64,000 nt of DNA from Phoronis australis. Lineage: Eukaryota > Animalia > Phoronida. Below, one piece after another: positions 61,897-64,000 of this stretch (the first letter of the stretch is position 1; the number at the start of each line of letters is the position of its first letter). The position numbers were made by a program, and so were the translations under genes. The stretch spans positions 623,459 through 687,458 of the forward strand of contig NMRA01000198.1 of NCBI GenBank assembly GCA_002633005.1, read 5' to 3'. The notes beneath the pieces are model-generated. The model had not been told where the DNA came from. It saw only the letters and a program-made list of their open reading frames with translations, and searched no databases.

Positions 61897-62560
61897 CTCT
61901 CCTTTAAAAACTAGATCACTGCTCAGTGCACAAATAGTACCTTGATCCACCAGATGTAGGCTGTAGTCTTATGCATGCAAATGTCTATCAACGTAATATT
62001 TAAGTCAAGTTATTGAAGTGTTAGTTTCCCCGAAACAGATGTGGTCATTTTTCAGTACATTCTCTAGTTCTGAAATCTCTACATTCCAGTAATTGTCAAA
62101 TTAATATGAATTAACAAATTACCTCATCATTTGTTTAGTCTGTGGTTCATGTACAAGTGATATGATTCCAAACAAAGGTCATACCCTAGACTTATTCAAC
62201 TCTTTATTTCAGATACCATTACAGCGGAAAAGTTCAAAGTAATTACACTAACGTCAATGCCAAGATCAAGTGAGTGTTTAAGCGCACGTGACTTGTCAAG
62301 TGCAGTACACAGACTTTGACTGCGCAGTATTATACGGGTGGATTTAGGGGGTAGGGCGGCACACCGACTTGTCCACGACCCTCTGCTGTGGGCACGAGCA
62401 AAAAACATTCCCATTTTGGGACTGGCGCAAATGTTGCGCCTTCAGAAATTGTGGTCGAGCCGCACTCGTGACATCATGTATCAATTAGTGTTGTAAATCG
62501 GATTATGTGTTGTGGCACAACAATGACCTAGTGAATATGACCCATGTGTTGTTGTTTCAG

Positions 62561-62624
62561 GTCCTGGACCATTCACATCCACAGTGCCCCATACCCCACC
62601 TTGACATCGGGGGCTGGGCCAGAG
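62561..62624 (+). CDS. Possible further TTLL5 exon (64 nt)
   Basis: gttgtttcag|...|gtaggc, and open in the frame expected after exon 58014-58076. No recognisable conserved motif. Confidence 0.3.
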
Positions 62625-63174
62625 GTAGGCTAGTTGTCTTATTGCACGTATTTGGGGTCTTGCTTTTTAGTTTGTGCATCATTGATGTATATCAGATGAA
62701 AAGAATGCTAAAGGTATTTCGAGACCATTTGCTGTTCCGTGTTTTATGTATTCTTACTAGTTTAAGTCACATTTACTTAGTTTCAGGAAATATGTGAAGT
62801 GACAATCAATTTAAAATTCAATGAGTTACTCATGATTAGAATTTTTCTAATATGTCTTTTACATATTTTTAAGATGTTTTTAAATCTGCTGTAACCCTGC
62901 TTTCTGTTAAAAACTGATATAGGCCACCTACCACTGTAGTACAAAAGTGGCTTCACCTTGCCCCTTACGTCTAATTTGTATATAGCCCTGAGTCCATGAC
63001 CACTTTTGCAATGGTTGATAGTCTTAAATCATTATTTTTACAGGTGGCAGGTTTAATGCAGATTTAACTATAATCTTTCCCCTCATTGAACACACTTCCA
63101 CTTAGTTGTCATAGCCAGGATGCAAGCTGTTACAATGATGATGAAACATTCATGGGGCGACTAAAAAAGAATTT

Positions 63175-63322
63175 AAAATAGTAAAACTTATAGTAAAACT
63201 AAAACGACGAGCGTCGGTAGCACACCCTTGACAAAGAGCGCATCGCTCGAAACGTGGGGATATTTTAATATATTTTAGTACCGATGCTCGTCATTTTAGT
63301 TTTGCTAGTTTTACTATTCTAT
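63175..63322 (+). mobile_element. Penelope-like inverted-repeat remnant with hammerhead-variant core
   Basis: Arms AAAACTAAAACGACGAGCGTCGGTA / TACCGATGCTCGTCATTTTAGTTTT enclose CTTGACAAAG-AGCG-CAT-CGCT-CGAAACGT. Confidence 0.5.
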
Positions 63323-64000
63323 ATTTTTGTTCATCGGTAACTGCACGGCATTCCAACTTCTACTTGATAAAAAAGAATTCTTGAAATTTGAACTTAAAGT
63401 CTTTGGTTGATCTCATGATTTGTGAATTAAAGCGATGGTGTTAGTGTATGACTAATGTTACTATTATCTTTGAACATTCAAACTTAGAAATTGTCAATTG
63501 TTTTTTTTCAGTTGGTTGTTGTAATTTCTTATAAGATAACTGTCAACATTCGTAAATTTTCGTCTCATTTTTCTTTAATTAGCCTTTTAACTATCCTATT
63601 TCAATCCTCAATACCTGAAAAATCTCGCTTCATGCCTTGAAACTGTGCATGGTTGTTAACACTTATGTGACTGCCATTGTTTGTGAAAATTGTGTGTCTT
63701 TTTTACTTTGAACATGATTTTCCAAAAAATTGAACTTCAGGAAACTTACTATAGACAAAGTGATAAACTATACTGTCCACACATAGGGAACTCTCTCACA
63801 TTTTTTATTTACCCTCAAACTTCAGATATCAGCCATTTAATTTCCTTTTGAAAAAAATACCCTGACTCTTCCTTTTGATGGCCAATGTCTCCATTATTCG
63901 AAGGAAAATAAAAGTTATGAGAAACTCCTTAGCTGTACCATATGGAATAAGTATGCAACGTTTCATGCAAATCAACCGTCACAATCAGGAGAAATCACTT

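Overview
AT-rich eukaryotic genomic DNA from an animal, probably a marine invertebrate (inferred from the transposon repertoire), with spliceosomal introns and one ~89-nt assembly gap. Three zones. (1) 1-14 kb is a dense mosaic of decayed transposon fragments: DIRS, Gypsy, Copia, piggyBac, ISL2EU/Harbinger-type THAP-DDE and YqaJ/SWIM, plus a Penelope-type hammerhead ribozyme. Every coding fragment I could identify is on the + strand and the order is scrambled, which resembles a uni-strand (flamenco-like) piRNA cluster. (2) 15.3-34.4 kb holds two intact, diverged, tandem 5-exon LYPLAL1-like alpha/beta-hydrolase genes on the - strand, with a Maverick/Polinton remnant and Helentron/HINE arrays in and between them. 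(3) 41.4 kb to the window end is the 5' part of a TTLL5-like tubulin glutamylase gene (+), head-to-head with the second LYPLAL1. It has two pairs of duplicated, apparently mutually exclusive exons in its catalytic domain and a three-level nested transposon in one intron. All exon calls come from manual translation and splice-site reading; no database search was run.
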